Source: an uncultured Gemmatimonadales bacterium
Lineage (GTDB): Bacteria; Gemmatimonadota; Gemmatimonadetes; Gemmatimonadales; GWC2-71-9
Length of the DNA: 64,000 nucleotides
Direction: 5' to 3'
NCBI GenBank assembly: GCA_963729985.1
Contig: CAVSPJ010000002.1
Span: forward strand, 773,017 to 837,016
In this document: positions 18,939 to 28,849 of the stretch, piece by piece
Position numbering within the stretch: position 1 is the stretch's first letter
How the letters are laid out: each line of letters opens with the position of its first letter
Position numbers and translations under genes: made by a program
The notes under the pieces: generated by a model
The model's database searches: none
The model's input: only the letters and a program-made list of their open reading frames with translations
Told to the model about the DNA's origin: nothing

Positions 18939-19970
18939 CTATGAGATCTCGACGGCGTCGTTGCCCGCGTCGCGCTCGCGGAGCGCCTCGGGCGAGATGA
19001 CCATCACCTGCTTGCCACGCCCGTGCCGCCGGGCGACCGCATCGTGGGCCGATCGGATTTGCTCCAGCGGGTACATCGCCGTGACCGGCATGCGCAGCAG
19101 ACCGCTGTCCGCCATTCGCCCGAGCTCCTCCAGGTCCGCGCGCCGCGGCTTCACCGCCACGTACCCGAGCCTTGGCCCGGCCAGTACCGGGGCGAGCGCC
19201 CGGGAGAATGGCGCGAGCGCGTACACCATCGGTTGAGGCGCGACGGTCACCCACCGCCCCCGTGGGGTGAACAGCCGGCGGTAGGCGCGAAACGGGCTCC
19301 GGCCGACACAGTCGAGAAAGACGTCGAACCGGCCGCTGAGTGATTCGGGGGCGAACCCGCCGTAGTCGACCACCTCGTCGGCCCCGAGGGCGCGGCAGTG
19401 ATCGATCCCCTCGCCCGCGGCGAGGGCGGTCACGTGGGCGCCCATCGTCTTGGCGATCTGAATCGCCGCGCTGCCGACGCCCCCGCTGGCGCCTTTGATG
19501 AGGAGCCGGTCGCCCGACACGAGCCGCGCCTCGTCGCGAAGCCCCTGCAGCGCGGTGGTGCCCACCAGCGGCAGGCCAGCTGCTTCGATCCACCCCAGCC
19601 TCCGGGGCATCGGCGCCAGCCACGCGCGAGGCACCGGCACATACTCCGCCGCCGCTCCGCCGAGAAAGCCGTCCAGGAAACCCCAGACCCGGTCGCCGTG
19701 GGCGAACCCCGCCACCCGGCCGCCGATCGCCGCGACCTCGCCCGAGAAATCGTACCCGGTGCCGCGCGGGAAGGTGCGTCCGCTGATCAGGCGCAGCCCA
19801 CCCTGGCGCACCACCGCGTCCTTCGGGTTCAGCCCCGAGGCATGCACCCGGACCAGAACGTCATCCCGCCCCGGACCGGGCACGGGGACCGTGCGGACGT
19901 CCAGCACCTCCGAACCGCCGTAGCGGTCGAATCGCACCGCACGCATCGCTACCGGGACCGGCACAGTCAT
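18939..19970 (-). CDS. NAD(P)-dependent MDR-family (quinone oxidoreductase-like) protein
   Basis: VLVRVHASGLNPKD, GYDFSGEV, GASGGVG, GKQV; no catalytic Zn-Cys. Confidence 0.88.
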   Translation of the reverse strand: MTVPVPVAMRAVRFDRYGGSEVLDVRTVPVPGPGRDDVLVRVHASGLNPKDAVVRQGGLRLISGRTFPRGTGYDFSGEVAAIGGRVAGFAHGDRVWGFLDGFLGGAAAEYVPVPRAWLAPMPRRLGWIEAAGLPLVGTTALQGLRDEARLVSGDRLLIKGASGGVGSAAIQIAKTMGAHVTALAAGEGIDHCRALGADEVVDYGGFAPESLSGRFDVFLDCVGRSPFRAYRRLFTPRGRWVTVAPQPMVYALAPFSRALAPVLAGPRLGYVAVKPRRADLEELGRMADSGLLRMPVTAMYPLEQIRSAHDAVARRHGRGKQVMVISPEALRERDAGNDAVEIS

Positions 19971-20004
19971 GGGCTTAAGGTAGCGGCGGCCGGCCCGGCC
20001 CGTA

Positions 20005-20394
20005 TCAGCCCTCGCGGATCAGCTTGCCATCCCGCAGCTCGTACACCCGCAACCGGACCACGACGCCGGGACGGCGCTCGTCCACTACGCGGACGTGGAC
20101 GACCTTCTTGTCCCGGCCCGGGCGCTCGACGATCCAACTCCCGGCGGGCGCGGACCGCTCGATGTCGGAGCAGCTTCGGGCCTTCGCCTGATGGCCGGGT
20201 GGCTTGCCGGGGACCCAGACTCGGCACATCCCGGGCGAGGGCAGTTGTCCGGGCGGGATGCCCAAGGTGGCGGCGGTGCTCGGTGCCCGGCGAGGCGCGG
20301 GCTGGGGTTGGGCCGGTGGGGGGGAGGACACCGGCCTGCAAGCCGCTGCAGCGAAAATCGCGAAAGCGGCCCCCGTGATTCTGGCTGAACGCAT
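20005..20394 (-). CDS. Small hypothetical lipoprotein with a GIPPG.LP.PG.CRVW motif
   Basis: ATG 20394 after GGAG; lipobox AAAC; Pro/Gly motif with a Cys pair. Confidence 0.7.
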   Translation of the reverse strand: MRSARITGAAFAIFAAAACRPVSSPPPAQPQPAPRRAPSTAATLGIPPGQLPSPGMCRVWVPGKPPGHQAKARSCSDIERSAPAGSWIVERPGRDKKVVHVRVVDERRPGVVVRLRVYELRDGKLIREG

Positions 20395-20610
20395 GATTTC
20401 TCCAAGGGGAAGGCGAGACCCGGCGGAATCGGCAGAGTTCGTGCCCACGAGTGGGGTTACGGCACCGACGGACCGGCCGGGTCCACCGGGCATCACACCG
20501 ACACCATTCGGTAGATATCTTTAGCATGGCGGACAGGGTGCGTTGCAGCAGCCGCCCCGGGTGATGCCCGATCTCGGTGCCCGGCGACCCTCACCTCTCA
20601 TGGAGACCCG

Positions 20611-20787
20611 ATGACCCGACGCGACGACCAGCGCATCGCGGACCTCGCGAAGAAGAACGCCGCCAAGGTCAAGCCGCCGCGGCAGGAGCAGGCGGCCGAC
20701 TTCGACCCCACCCTCCGGCCCCGCGCTCCCGAGCAGGACGCCGAGACCAGGCGGCTGTTCAAGGAGATGAAGCGTCGCGAGTTCTGA
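20611..20787 (+). CDS. 58-aa small charged protein (not in the ORF track)
   Basis: GGAGA RBS at 20602-20606; MTRRDDQRIADLAKKNAAKVKPPRQEQAADFDPTLRPRAPEQDAETRRLFKEMKRREF*; strong G/C third-position bias. Confidence 0.65.
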   Translation: MTRRDDQRIADLAKKNAAKVKPPRQEQAADFDPTLRPRAPEQDAETRRLFKEMKRREF

Positions 20788-20933
20788 GGTTTCGCCGCTG
20801 CGCCGGGGCGCCCGCGCGCGGTGGCCGAATCATTGAACCTTCCCATCCGTAGTGACTGAGAATCCGCCGGCATGGCCCCCCGGGACGCCCGTCCAGGGAA
20901 GGCCGGCCTCAGAGCGACGGAGGCTGACCCCCC

Positions 20934-21782
20934 ATGGCCATCCACGACACGCTGGGGGCGCCGCGCCACACGCTCGGTGGCTACCGCGAGTTCGATCCGC
21001 CGCCCGCGCTGGTCCCCTACGCGGAGTCGCTCTGGGTACACCGCGCCCCCAACCAGCTGCCTCCGGGAAACGGGAGGATGCATCGGGTCCTGCCCGATCC
21101 CGCGCTGAGCCTGGCGTTCTACTGCCACCGTGGCGCAGACGGGATTCCCCACGATCCGAGGTTGATCGTCATCGGTCCCAAATCGCGGCCGCACATCTTT
21201 GCCTTCCGTGGCGGCCAGGAGGTCGCCGCGGTGCGAGTGAAGCTGGAATGGTCGGCGCGCCTGCTCGGCCTGATGCCCCAGGACCACTACGATGCGGAAG
21301 ACGACCTGGCCCTGGCGCTGCCCCGACTCGCCCGGGAGCTGCTCGAGCTGCTCGCCCGGACGCGGAGCACGGGCGAGGCCGTGAGTCGGCTGGCGGAGAC
21401 GATCGCGCGGCAGGCCGGCAGGATGCCGGAGCGCGGACCGGAGGCGCCATCGCACGCGCTCGACCTGGTGCGCCGGGCCGGCGGACGGGTGACGGTGGAA
21501 CGGATGGCCGGGCGGATGGGCGTGTCGCCGCGCTCCCTCCGCCGGCTAGTGCGGCAGGAAGCGGGGATCTCACTGAAGGAATACGCGCGGGTCACCCGAT
21601 TCCTGCATGCGGTGACCCTCGCCGACCGGAGCCCGAGCCCGGCCTGGGCCGCCATCGCCGCCGACACCGGCTTCTGCGACCAGTCACACCTGGTGCGGGA
21701 GTGCCGGGCGTTGTCCGGCCTCGCGCCCGGCCAGGTCAACCGGGAGCGCCGGGCGCAGGCCGAAATATCCAATCCTTGCTGA
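20934..21782 (+). CDS. AraC family transcriptional regulator (DUF6597-type N-terminus)
   Basis: YRE..PP..L.PY, VLPD; C-terminal double HTH with WA.IA...GF.DQSHL.RE. Confidence 0.9.
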   Translation: MAIHDTLGAPRHTLGGYREFDPPPALVPYAESLWVHRAPNQLPPGNGRMHRVLPDPALSLAFYCHRGADGIPHDPRLIVIGPKSRPHIFAFRGGQEVAAVRVKLEWSARLLGLMPQDHYDAEDDLALALPRLARELLELLARTRSTGEAVSRLAETIARQAGRMPERGPEAPSHALDLVRRAGGRVTVERMAGRMGVSPRSLRRLVRQEAGISLKEYARVTRFLHAVTLADRSPSPAWAAIAADTGFCDQSHLVRECRALSGLAPGQVNRERRAQAEISNPC

Positions 21783-21835
21783 GAGCGGGCCGGTAGACTG
21801 ACCGTCTCCCTTCTTTCGGACGAGGACCTGCACCG

Positions 21836-22954
21836 ATGTCTCAGCTCATCTCGTGGTTCCCCACCCGCCTGGCCTTCGCCTTCAACGTCATCGTGGTTCT
21901 CGCGGCTCCGTCCGCGGCACAGACCAGGCCGCTGCCGAGGGACTCGACCGCCCGGGTCGAGCGGGTGGCCGACGGCATCTACGCCATCATCCACGATGAC
22001 GTCAGCGACCAGTGGCCTCACGGCAACACCGGCGTGGTGATATACGAGGATGGAGTCCTGGTGGTGGATGCGACCTATCTCCCGTCCCGCTCGCGGGCCG
22101 ACATCGCGCTGATCCGGGCCCTGACCGACAAGCCGGTGCGCTACCTGGTCAACACCCACTGGCACATGGATCACACGTACGGCAACGAAGCGTACCGTGA
22201 TTCCTTCCCCAGCATTGTCATCGTGACCGAGCGCGAGACCCGGCAGTTCTCCGAGCTGAACAGCCATTACTGGTCCCGGTTCTCGACGGCCCCCGACTCA
22301 CCCCGCCGGGCCGCGATTCGCGAGCTGGAAGCGGAGCTGGCGCGAGGCCGCGACAGCACCGGCAAAGTCCATTCGGCCGAGGAGAGGCGCCGCCTCGAGA
22401 CGATCATCCGGCAGCGGAGCGGTGAGCTGGAGGAGCTCGCCAAGGTCCGGGTCGTGGTGGCGGACCAGGTGTTCGACCAGTCATTGACGCTGCGGCTCGG
22501 CAAGCGCCGGATCGAGCTGGTGGACCACGGCCGCGCCAACAGCCCGCACGACGTGACGGTGTACCTGCCCGAGGAGCGGGTACTGTTCACCGGCGACATC
22601 CTGGTGCAGTCTCCGCTGCCGTTCACCGGCGCGTCGTGGCCGATTCCGTGGATCGAGGTACTGAAGGACCTGGAACAAGTACCGGTCGCGGCGCTGGTGC
22701 CGGGACACGGCCCCGTGATGCGCGACCACGCGTACACCCGCCAGATGCGCGAGCTGCTTCAGGGCGTCACTTCGCAGGTCGAGGCGATGGTCCGGCAGGG
22801 GAAGCCGGTCGAGCAGGTGCAGGACTCGCTCGCGCCGTTGAAGGCCTGGCGCAAGGTCCCGGCGTGGAACGGCGCGAAGCTGGACGCCGACTGGGACTAC
22901 ACCATCAGAACCTTGATCGAGCGCGCCTGGCGCGGCGTGCGGGGGCAGGGATGA
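21836..22954 (+). CDS. Secreted MBL-fold metallo-hydrolase
   Basis: THWHMDHTYGN, LFTGD, VPGHG; signal peptide. Confidence 0.9.
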   Translation: MSQLISWFPTRLAFAFNVIVVLAAPSAAQTRPLPRDSTARVERVADGIYAIIHDDVSDQWPHGNTGVVIYEDGVLVVDATYLPSRSRADIALIRALTDKPVRYLVNTHWHMDHTYGNEAYRDSFPSIVIVTERETRQFSELNSHYWSRFSTAPDSPRRAAIRELEAELARGRDSTGKVHSAEERRRLETIIRQRSGELEELAKVRVVVADQVFDQSLTLRLGKRRIELVDHGRANSPHDVTVYLPEERVLFTGDILVQSPLPFTGASWPIPWIEVLKDLEQVPVAALVPGHGPVMRDHAYTRQMRELLQGVTSQVEAMVRQGKPVEQVQDSLAPLKAWRKVPAWNGAKLDADWDYTIRTLIERAWRGVRGQG

Positions 22955-23100
22955 CCCGGCGGCTCCGGTGCTGAGCGCGCTGGGCGCCGCCCTGGCGCTC
23001 GCGGCGCTCGCGCCCGGGCGGTCCGCGTCTACGTCTAGTTCCGGATCGCGAACGACGAGGAGGGGGAGGAGTTCTCCTTCCGGCGAGTGAAGCCGCCGCC
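22951..23100 (+). pseudogene. Degenerate relic of a secreted-protein gene
   Basis: ATGA overlap with the MBL stop; broken signal peptide MTRRL/VLSALGAALALAALAPG followed by the coding-like tail RVYV*FRIANDEEGEEFSFRRVK. Confidence 0.35.
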
Positions 23101-23261
23101 TCGGCCGGGCTCAAGTCCGTGGGATTGCTGGGGACCCGGTTCACCATGGAGGGGCGGTTCGATCCCGAGGTTTGCCGTTGCTGTTGCGAGGGACCGATGT
23201 GGGCGGGCTGCCGCTCCTGGATACCACGCGGATTCACGTGAGACCTCACATTCTGGTGACC

Positions 23262-24491
23262 ATGGCCACGACTCTTCCCCTCGATGCACCGGCATCACCC
23301 GTCGCGATGGGGGTGCGGGTACGATCGGTCGACCTCATCCGCGGCGCGGTCATGGTGCTCATGGCGATCGACCACGTGCGGGTCTTTTCCGGACTGCCCG
23401 CGGGCGGACCGACTCCGGGGATCTTCTTCACCCGGTGGGTCACCCACTTCTGCGCTCCGGCCTTCCTGTTTCTCGCGGGCACCAGCGCGTACTTCTATGG
23501 CCGGCGGCACCGGGACCTCTCCCGGTTCCTGGCGACCCGCGGCCTCTGGCTGGTGTTCCTCGAGCTGACGCTGCTCCGGGTCGCCTGGACCTTCAACCTC
23601 GGGTTTGCCCGCTCCGAGATGGCCGGTGTCATCTGGGTCATCGGCTGGTGCATGATACTTCTCGCCATACTCGTGAGGCTGCCGGTCACAGTCGTGGGTG
23701 TCGTGGGGCTCGTGATCATCGCCGGGCACAACCTGATGGACCCACATCTCGCTCCGCTGATCGCGGGCATGGCGGAGAACCCGCTTTCCTGGCTGTGGAA
23801 GATCCTTTACGTGGGCTTCTTCGCCGGGCCGATCCAGGCGGGGCCCGACGGCCCCAGCCTCATCGTGCTCTACTCGATGGTCCCCTGGATCGGCGTCATG
23901 GCGGCAGGATACGCCTTCGGGACCATCGTCATGCTGGAGCCGGCCCGCCGCACCCGGCTCTGCCTCGCCATCGGGCTCGGCGCCACGGCCCTGTTTCTGG
24001 TGCTCCGGGGGTTCAATCTCTATGGTGATCCGCGGCCGTGGACCACCCCGGCAGGTGCCGCGGAAGGCCGCCCGCCGATGCCGGCGCTCCTCTCGTTTCT
24101 CAACACCAGCAAGTATCCGGCGTCCCTGCTGTTCCTGCTCATGACCCTAGGCCCCACCATCGCCCTGGTACCGGCGCTCGAGCGTGCCCGGGGACGCGTC
24201 GCGGAGTGGATCACCGTGTTCGGTCGGGTGCCGTTCTTCTTTTACATGCTTCACATCCCACTCATCCATGCGCTCGCGCTGGTAGTCTCGCAAATCCGGC
24301 TGGGCCACGTGAGTCCGTGGCTCTTCGCGGATCACCCGATGGGCAATCCCCCTCCACCCGACGGGTACACCTGGGGCCTGCCGCTCCTGTACCTGGTGTG
24401 GGCGGTCGCGATCGTGCTGCTGTACTTCGCCAGCCGCTGGTTCGCCCGCCTCAAGGCCCGACGGCGCGACTGGTGGCTCGGCTATCTCTGA
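23262..24491 (+). CDS. DUF1624 / HGSNAT-like membrane acyltransferase-domain protein
   Basis: SVDLIRG.VMVLMAIDH.R, TRWVTHFCAP.F.FLAG, KYPASL.F.LMTLG, FGRVPFFFY. Confidence 0.88.
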   Translation: MATTLPLDAPASPVAMGVRVRSVDLIRGAVMVLMAIDHVRVFSGLPAGGPTPGIFFTRWVTHFCAPAFLFLAGTSAYFYGRRHRDLSRFLATRGLWLVFLELTLLRVAWTFNLGFARSEMAGVIWVIGWCMILLAILVRLPVTVVGVVGLVIIAGHNLMDPHLAPLIAGMAENPLSWLWKILYVGFFAGPIQAGPDGPSLIVLYSMVPWIGVMAAGYAFGTIVMLEPARRTRLCLAIGLGATALFLVLRGFNLYGDPRPWTTPAGAAEGRPPMPALLSFLNTSKYPASLLFLLMTLGPTIALVPALERARGRVAEWITVFGRVPFFFYMLHIPLIHALALVVSQIRLGHVSPWLFADHPMGNPPPPDGYTWGLPLLYLVWAVAIVLLYFASRWFARLKARRRDWWLGYL

Positions 24492-24667
24492 GAGGTCGCC
24501 GCCTCGCCACTCCACCCATGACACCGGCCACAGGACGCTTGACGCCGTCCCCCCTTGGCGCTTTACCCTAGCCTCGTCTTGATGGAAGCAGTACGGTTGT
24601 AGACCCGCCTGAAACGATCCGCGCCTTCCACGGACGGGGTCGAGGATTCCTTTGAAAGCGGGAGGAG

Positions 24668-25435
24668 ATGGAAACGACCAGCCTTGAGTTGGGCCTGGCA
24701 GAGAAGCCCGTGATCGTGACCGGCGCGAGCTCCGGGATCGGGGCAGCGACGGCCCGCGCCCTGGGATCGGCGGGCGCGTCCGTTCTGCTGGTGGGCCGCG
24801 ACAAGGATCGCTTGAAGCAGCAGGTGGCGAAGGTCGCGGCTGCCGGGGGCCGCGCCGTGGCCGCAATCGCCGACCTCGAGGATGCCGAGGCGGCCGCAGG
24901 CCTGGTCGACCGGGCCTTGAAGGAGTTCGGCTCCCTGCATGGCATTGTGCACACGGCCAGCCTGTTCGATCCTCGGCCGCTCGAGGATACCACGATCGAG
25001 TGTCTGGATACTCAGTGGAAGACCAACGTGCTCGCGCCGCTGCTGATGACCAGGCGGGCCGTTCCGCATCTGGGCGCGGGCTCGTCCATCGTGTTCATCG
25101 GATCGACCACGGGCACCGTGGGATTCCCGGGCTGCTCGGCCTACACCGCGACCAAGGGCGCCGTGGCATCCGTCACCCGCGCACTGGCGGTCGAGCTCGC
25201 GCCCAAGGGGATCCGGGTGAACAACGTCGTGCCCGGGTACGTCCGGACGCCGATGCTGCAGCCACACCTCGACGCCAACGAGGGGTACGAGGGCTGGATC
25301 GTCGCGAACACACCATTGGGCAGGATCGACGGTCCGGAGGCGTTGGCGCCGACCATCCTGTTCCTCCTTTCTCCGCTGTCGGGGTATGTGGATGGGCAGG
25401 CGTTTACAGTCGACGGCGGCTGGACCGCGCGATGA
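24668..25435 (+). CDS. SDR family oxidoreductase
   Basis: TGASSGIG, YTATK catalytic motif, VDGG; GGAGG RBS. Confidence 0.93.
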   Translation: METTSLELGLAEKPVIVTGASSGIGAATARALGSAGASVLLVGRDKDRLKQQVAKVAAAGGRAVAAIADLEDAEAAAGLVDRALKEFGSLHGIVHTASLFDPRPLEDTTIECLDTQWKTNVLAPLLMTRRAVPHLGAGSSIVFIGSTTGTVGFPGCSAYTATKGAVASVTRALAVELAPKGIRVNNVVPGYVRTPMLQPHLDANEGYEGWIVANTPLGRIDGPEALAPTILFLLSPLSGYVDGQAFTVDGGWTAR

Positions 25436-25451
25436 GACGGCAGGCACGCCC

Positions 25452-25889
25452 GTGACCGATGACGCCTGGCCGAGGGGCGCACCACGGGTGGGTCAGAAGG
25501 CGGAGCTGACCCGGGCGGTGTCGACGAGTGACATCGAGATGTTCACCGCGATATCGGGCGACCGGAATCCGCTGCACTACGACGAGGCACTTGCGAAGGC
25601 GACGAGGTTCGGGGGCATCGTCGTGCAAGGCGGCGTGACGAGCGCGATCCTGAACGCGGTCGTTGCCGAGAAGCTGCCGGGCCCGGGAACCGTGTTCCTG
25701 CGGGTGGACTGGCACTTCAAGGCGCCGGTGAGGCCGGGAGACGAGATCACCGGCGCCGTGGAGGTCCTGAAGGTGCGTACCGATAAACCCGTGACGGAGG
25801 TCAGGACGACCGTAACGCGGGGTGACGGCACCGTAGTCCTCGAGGGGGACGCGGTCTGCTACACCATGCCGTTGCGGATTGCCGGGTGA
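25452..25889 (+). CDS. MaoC family (hotdog-fold) dehydratase
   Basis: ISGDRNPLHYD, FGGIVVQG, LPGPG, FKAPVRPGD; GTG 25452. Confidence 0.88.
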   Translation: MTDDAWPRGAPRVGQKAELTRAVSTSDIEMFTAISGDRNPLHYDEALAKATRFGGIVVQGGVTSAILNAVVAEKLPGPGTVFLRVDWHFKAPVRPGDEITGAVEVLKVRTDKPVTEVRTTVTRGDGTVVLEGDAVCYTMPLRIAG

Positions 25890-25952
25890 CGGGGGTCCGG
25901 ACGCTGCCGGCGAGCCCCGCCGGGCGTAACAACCACATGAGGAGGTCCATCG

Positions 25953-26594
25953 ATGCGCACTCTTGCTTGGCCAAGGCACCTCCGCCCGCGTCACGGGGCG
26001 GCCGCGTTCGTCCTTGCCGCGCTGATGACCGGCCAGACGCCGTTCCCGGCGGAGCTCCAGGCACAAGCGTCGCCAACGCCCTCGACACCAAGTCCCGAGC
26101 TCGAGAAAGTTCGTGCGGCGTTGGCCAAGTACGCGGATCCCATTGCCGCCGTCCATGACGGATACTTCTCTACTCTTGCGTGCATCGAGTTTCCGGTCGC
26201 CGGGAGCGCGGGGCAGATGGCCTATCCCAAGGGCGGCATGGGCGTTCACTTCCTGAATACGTCGCTCATCAGCCCGGAGGTCGATCCGCTTCGCCCGCAG
26301 GTCCTGTTATACGAGATAAAAGGCGACAAGCTCGAGTTGGTCTCCGCGGAATGGTTCGTGCCTCTCGCCACCGGGGTAAAGGAGCGCCCGCAGCTGTTCG
26401 GCCAGCCGTTTGACGGGCCCATGGAGGGCCACCACCCGGTCATGCCGGAGACGATGCACCACTACGACCTCCATGTGTGGCTCTGGAAGCCGAACCCTGC
26501 CGGAATGTTCAGCCCGACCAACCCGGATGTCCGGTGTCCGAAGAAGGGATATACGGTCGCCGAGGCGCCGCCCAAAATGGTGCCCTCGCATTAG
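25953..26594 (+). CDS. Secreted His-rich hypothetical protein
   Basis: Signal peptide; GGMGVHF.N, PQVLLYE, HYDLHVWLWK.NP.GMF..TNP.V. Confidence 0.75.
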   Translation: MRTLAWPRHLRPRHGAAAFVLAALMTGQTPFPAELQAQASPTPSTPSPELEKVRAALAKYADPIAAVHDGYFSTLACIEFPVAGSAGQMAYPKGGMGVHFLNTSLISPEVDPLRPQVLLYEIKGDKLELVSAEWFVPLATGVKERPQLFGQPFDGPMEGHHPVMPETMHHYDLHVWLWKPNPAGMFSPTNPDVRCPKKGYTVAEAPPKMVPSH

Positions 26595-26615
26595 GCATTT
26601 CCGGACAGTAGTCGG

Positions 26616-27851
26616 TTGACCAACGCGGTGGCTCGGAGATCGTGGAGCGGCGTGGCGCTGGTGTACTCCGCCAGTCTGCTGCAGGGGCTGGTGGTGATCA
26701 GCTTTCCGGCCAGCAGCGTCGTACTCCAGTCGGTGCAGGGGCTGACTGATGCCCAGTACGGCGCGATCTTCCTTCCCCAGGTGACCTTCGCCGTGCTGGG
26801 GTCGATCGGCGGTGGGAGCCTGGCACGGAAGCTGGGCCTGAAGCCGCTGCTCGTGCTCGCGCTGGTCGCCAACGTGGTGTCGCAGCTTCTGCTGGGCGCG
26901 AGTGCGGCGGCCGGGCCCGGCACCGCGTTCCCCCTAGTGCTGCTGGCGACCGGTGCCACCGGGCTCGCCTTCGGGCTCCACGGCGCTCCGCTCAACAGCT
27001 TTCCACTGGCCCTCTTCCCCGCTCGGCGCGACGCCGCGGTGGTGGCGATTCATACCCTCCTGGGGCTGGGCCTGGCCATCGGCCCTTTGGTCGTGGCTCC
27101 CTTCATCGCCACCAATCGGTGGGTGGGCTTCCCGCTCCTCCTGGCGAGCCTCAATCTGCTGCTGGTCATCGGCGTTCTGCGGGTTTCGCTGCCGCGGGGC
27201 GCCGGCGCGGCTGCCGCGGACGGCCGTGCGCCGGAGCCGCGCGAGAAGCACCCGCTGGGCGAGGGGCTGTTCTGGTTGTTCGTCCTGATCACGGTGCTCT
27301 ACGCTTTCGCCGAGGGCACCCTGTCCAACTGGGCCGTGATCTTCCTGCATGAGGCGCACGGCGTGCCCGAGGCCGCGGCGGGCCTGGCGATCGCGGTCTT
27401 CTGGGGCGCGGTGGTCGCGGGGCGGCTCGCCGCCACCGTTCTGGTGTTGCGGGTGCCCCCCCAGGCGATCTGGCTGCTGCTGCTGGTGCTGATGATCGCG
27501 GCGTTCCTCCTGCTGCCGTTCACTCGGGGTGCCGCCAGCGGCATCGGGCTGTTCGGGCTGGCCGGCCTAACCTGTTCCGCCGTCTTCCCTCTGACGATCA
27601 CCCTCGTCTCCCGCGCGTTCCCCGGCCACGTGGAGTGGGCCTCCTCGATGATGATCGCCGCCGTGATGCTCGGGGTCGGGCTGGGCTCGTTCGTCTTCGG
27701 CCCCCTTCGCGAGCTGATGTCGTTCGATCGACTCTATCGCCTGTCGGCCCTCTACCCGGCGGTCGCCCTGGTCCTTGCCGTGATGGTGGTGCGGAGCGAG
27801 CCCCTCCGGCAAACGGTGAAGGGGATCTGGAAAGGCTCGCGCTGCCGGTAG
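26616..27851 (+). CDS. MFS transporter
   Basis: About 12 hydrophobic segments; EG.LSNW...FL; TTG start. Confidence 0.85.
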   Translation: MTNAVARRSWSGVALVYSASLLQGLVVISFPASSVVLQSVQGLTDAQYGAIFLPQVTFAVLGSIGGGSLARKLGLKPLLVLALVANVVSQLLLGASAAAGPGTAFPLVLLATGATGLAFGLHGAPLNSFPLALFPARRDAAVVAIHTLLGLGLAIGPLVVAPFIATNRWVGFPLLLASLNLLLVIGVLRVSLPRGAGAAAADGRAPEPREKHPLGEGLFWLFVLITVLYAFAEGTLSNWAVIFLHEAHGVPEAAAGLAIAVFWGAVVAGRLAATVLVLRVPPQAIWLLLLVLMIAAFLLLPFTRGAASGIGLFGLAGLTCSAVFPLTITLVSRAFPGHVEWASSMMIAAVMLGVGLGSFVFGPLRELMSFDRLYRLSALYPAVALVLAVMVVRSEPLRQTVKGIWKGSRCR

Positions 27852-27852
27852 G

Positions 27853-28791
27853 ATGCGCATTCTCGTCGTCGGCGCCGGCGCGGTAGGCGGGTACTTCGGG
27901 GGACGGCTGCTCGAGCGGGGCCGTGACGTCACCTTCCTCGTGCGCCCCGGGCGGGCCGCGCAACTGGCGGCGGTGGGCCTCTCGATTCGCAGCCCGTTCG
28001 GCGACGTCACCCTCCCCGCGCCACCGACGGTGACGGCCGAGTCGCTCCATGATCCCTCTGACCTGGTGCTCCTGAGCTGCAAGGCCTACGACCTCGCCGG
28101 CGCGATCGAGTCGCTGGCGCCTGCGGTCGGTCCCGAGTCGACCATCCTCCCCCTGTTGAACGGCATGCTTCATCTGAAGGTGCTGGACCAGCGCTTCGGC
28201 GCCGCACGGGTGCTCGGCGGGCTCTGCATCATCTCCTCGGCGCTCGACGCCGAGGGCCGGATCCTGCACCTCAATGAGTTACACACCCTGGTGTATGGGG
28301 AGCGGGATGGCGCCGGCAGCCGTCGGATCGCCGCCATCGCCTCCGCGTTCGATGGTGTACGCGCGGACGCGCGCGCCAGCCCGGCCGTGACACAGGAGAT
28401 GTGGGAGAAATGGGTGTTCATCGCGGCGTTGGCGGGAATCACCTGTCTCATGCGCGCACCCATCGGCGACATCGTGGGTGCCGGCGGGGTCGGTCTGGCT
28501 ACCGGCCTGCTCGACGAATGCGCCGCCATCGCCACCGCGGAAGGCTTCCGGCCCGGCAGCGACGCTATGGACCGGAGCCGCGCCATGCTGACGGCGCCGG
28601 AGTCACTCCTGGCCGCATCCATGTTTCGCGACATGGAACGTGGGTCTCCAATCGAGGGGAGCTACATCGTGGGTGATCTGCTTCGGCGGGGGCAGGCGCT
28701 TTCGGTGGCGGCACCGCTGCTGCGCGTGGCCGATGCGCACCTGCGGGCCTACGAGGCGCGCCGCGCCCGGGAGGGTTCGGCGTCGCCGTGA
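27853..28791 (+). CDS. panE: 2-dehydropantoate 2-reductase family protein
   Basis: GAGAVGGYFG, CKAYDL, PLLNG, MWEKW, ASMFRD...G.PIE. Confidence 0.9.
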   Translation: MRILVVGAGAVGGYFGGRLLERGRDVTFLVRPGRAAQLAAVGLSIRSPFGDVTLPAPPTVTAESLHDPSDLVLLSCKAYDLAGAIESLAPAVGPESTILPLLNGMLHLKVLDQRFGAARVLGGLCIISSALDAEGRILHLNELHTLVYGERDGAGSRRIAAIASAFDGVRADARASPAVTQEMWEKWVFIAALAGITCLMRAPIGDIVGAGGVGLATGLLDECAAIATAEGFRPGSDAMDRSRAMLTAPESLLAASMFRDMERGSPIEGSYIVGDLLRRGQALSVAAPLLRVADAHLRAYEARRAREGSASP

Positions 28792-28813
28792 GCACGTCCC
28801 GGCCTAGGGCCTC

Positions 28814-28845
28814 GGCCGGGCCGGGGCCGGGCCGGGGCCGGGGCC
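28814..28845 (+). repeat. (GGG[G]CC)n tandem repeat with five G-tracts
   Basis: GGCCGGGCCGGGGCCGGGCCGGGGCCGGGGCC between the convergent panE and alkD-like genes. Confidence 0.7.
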
Positions 28846-28849
28846 GCAT

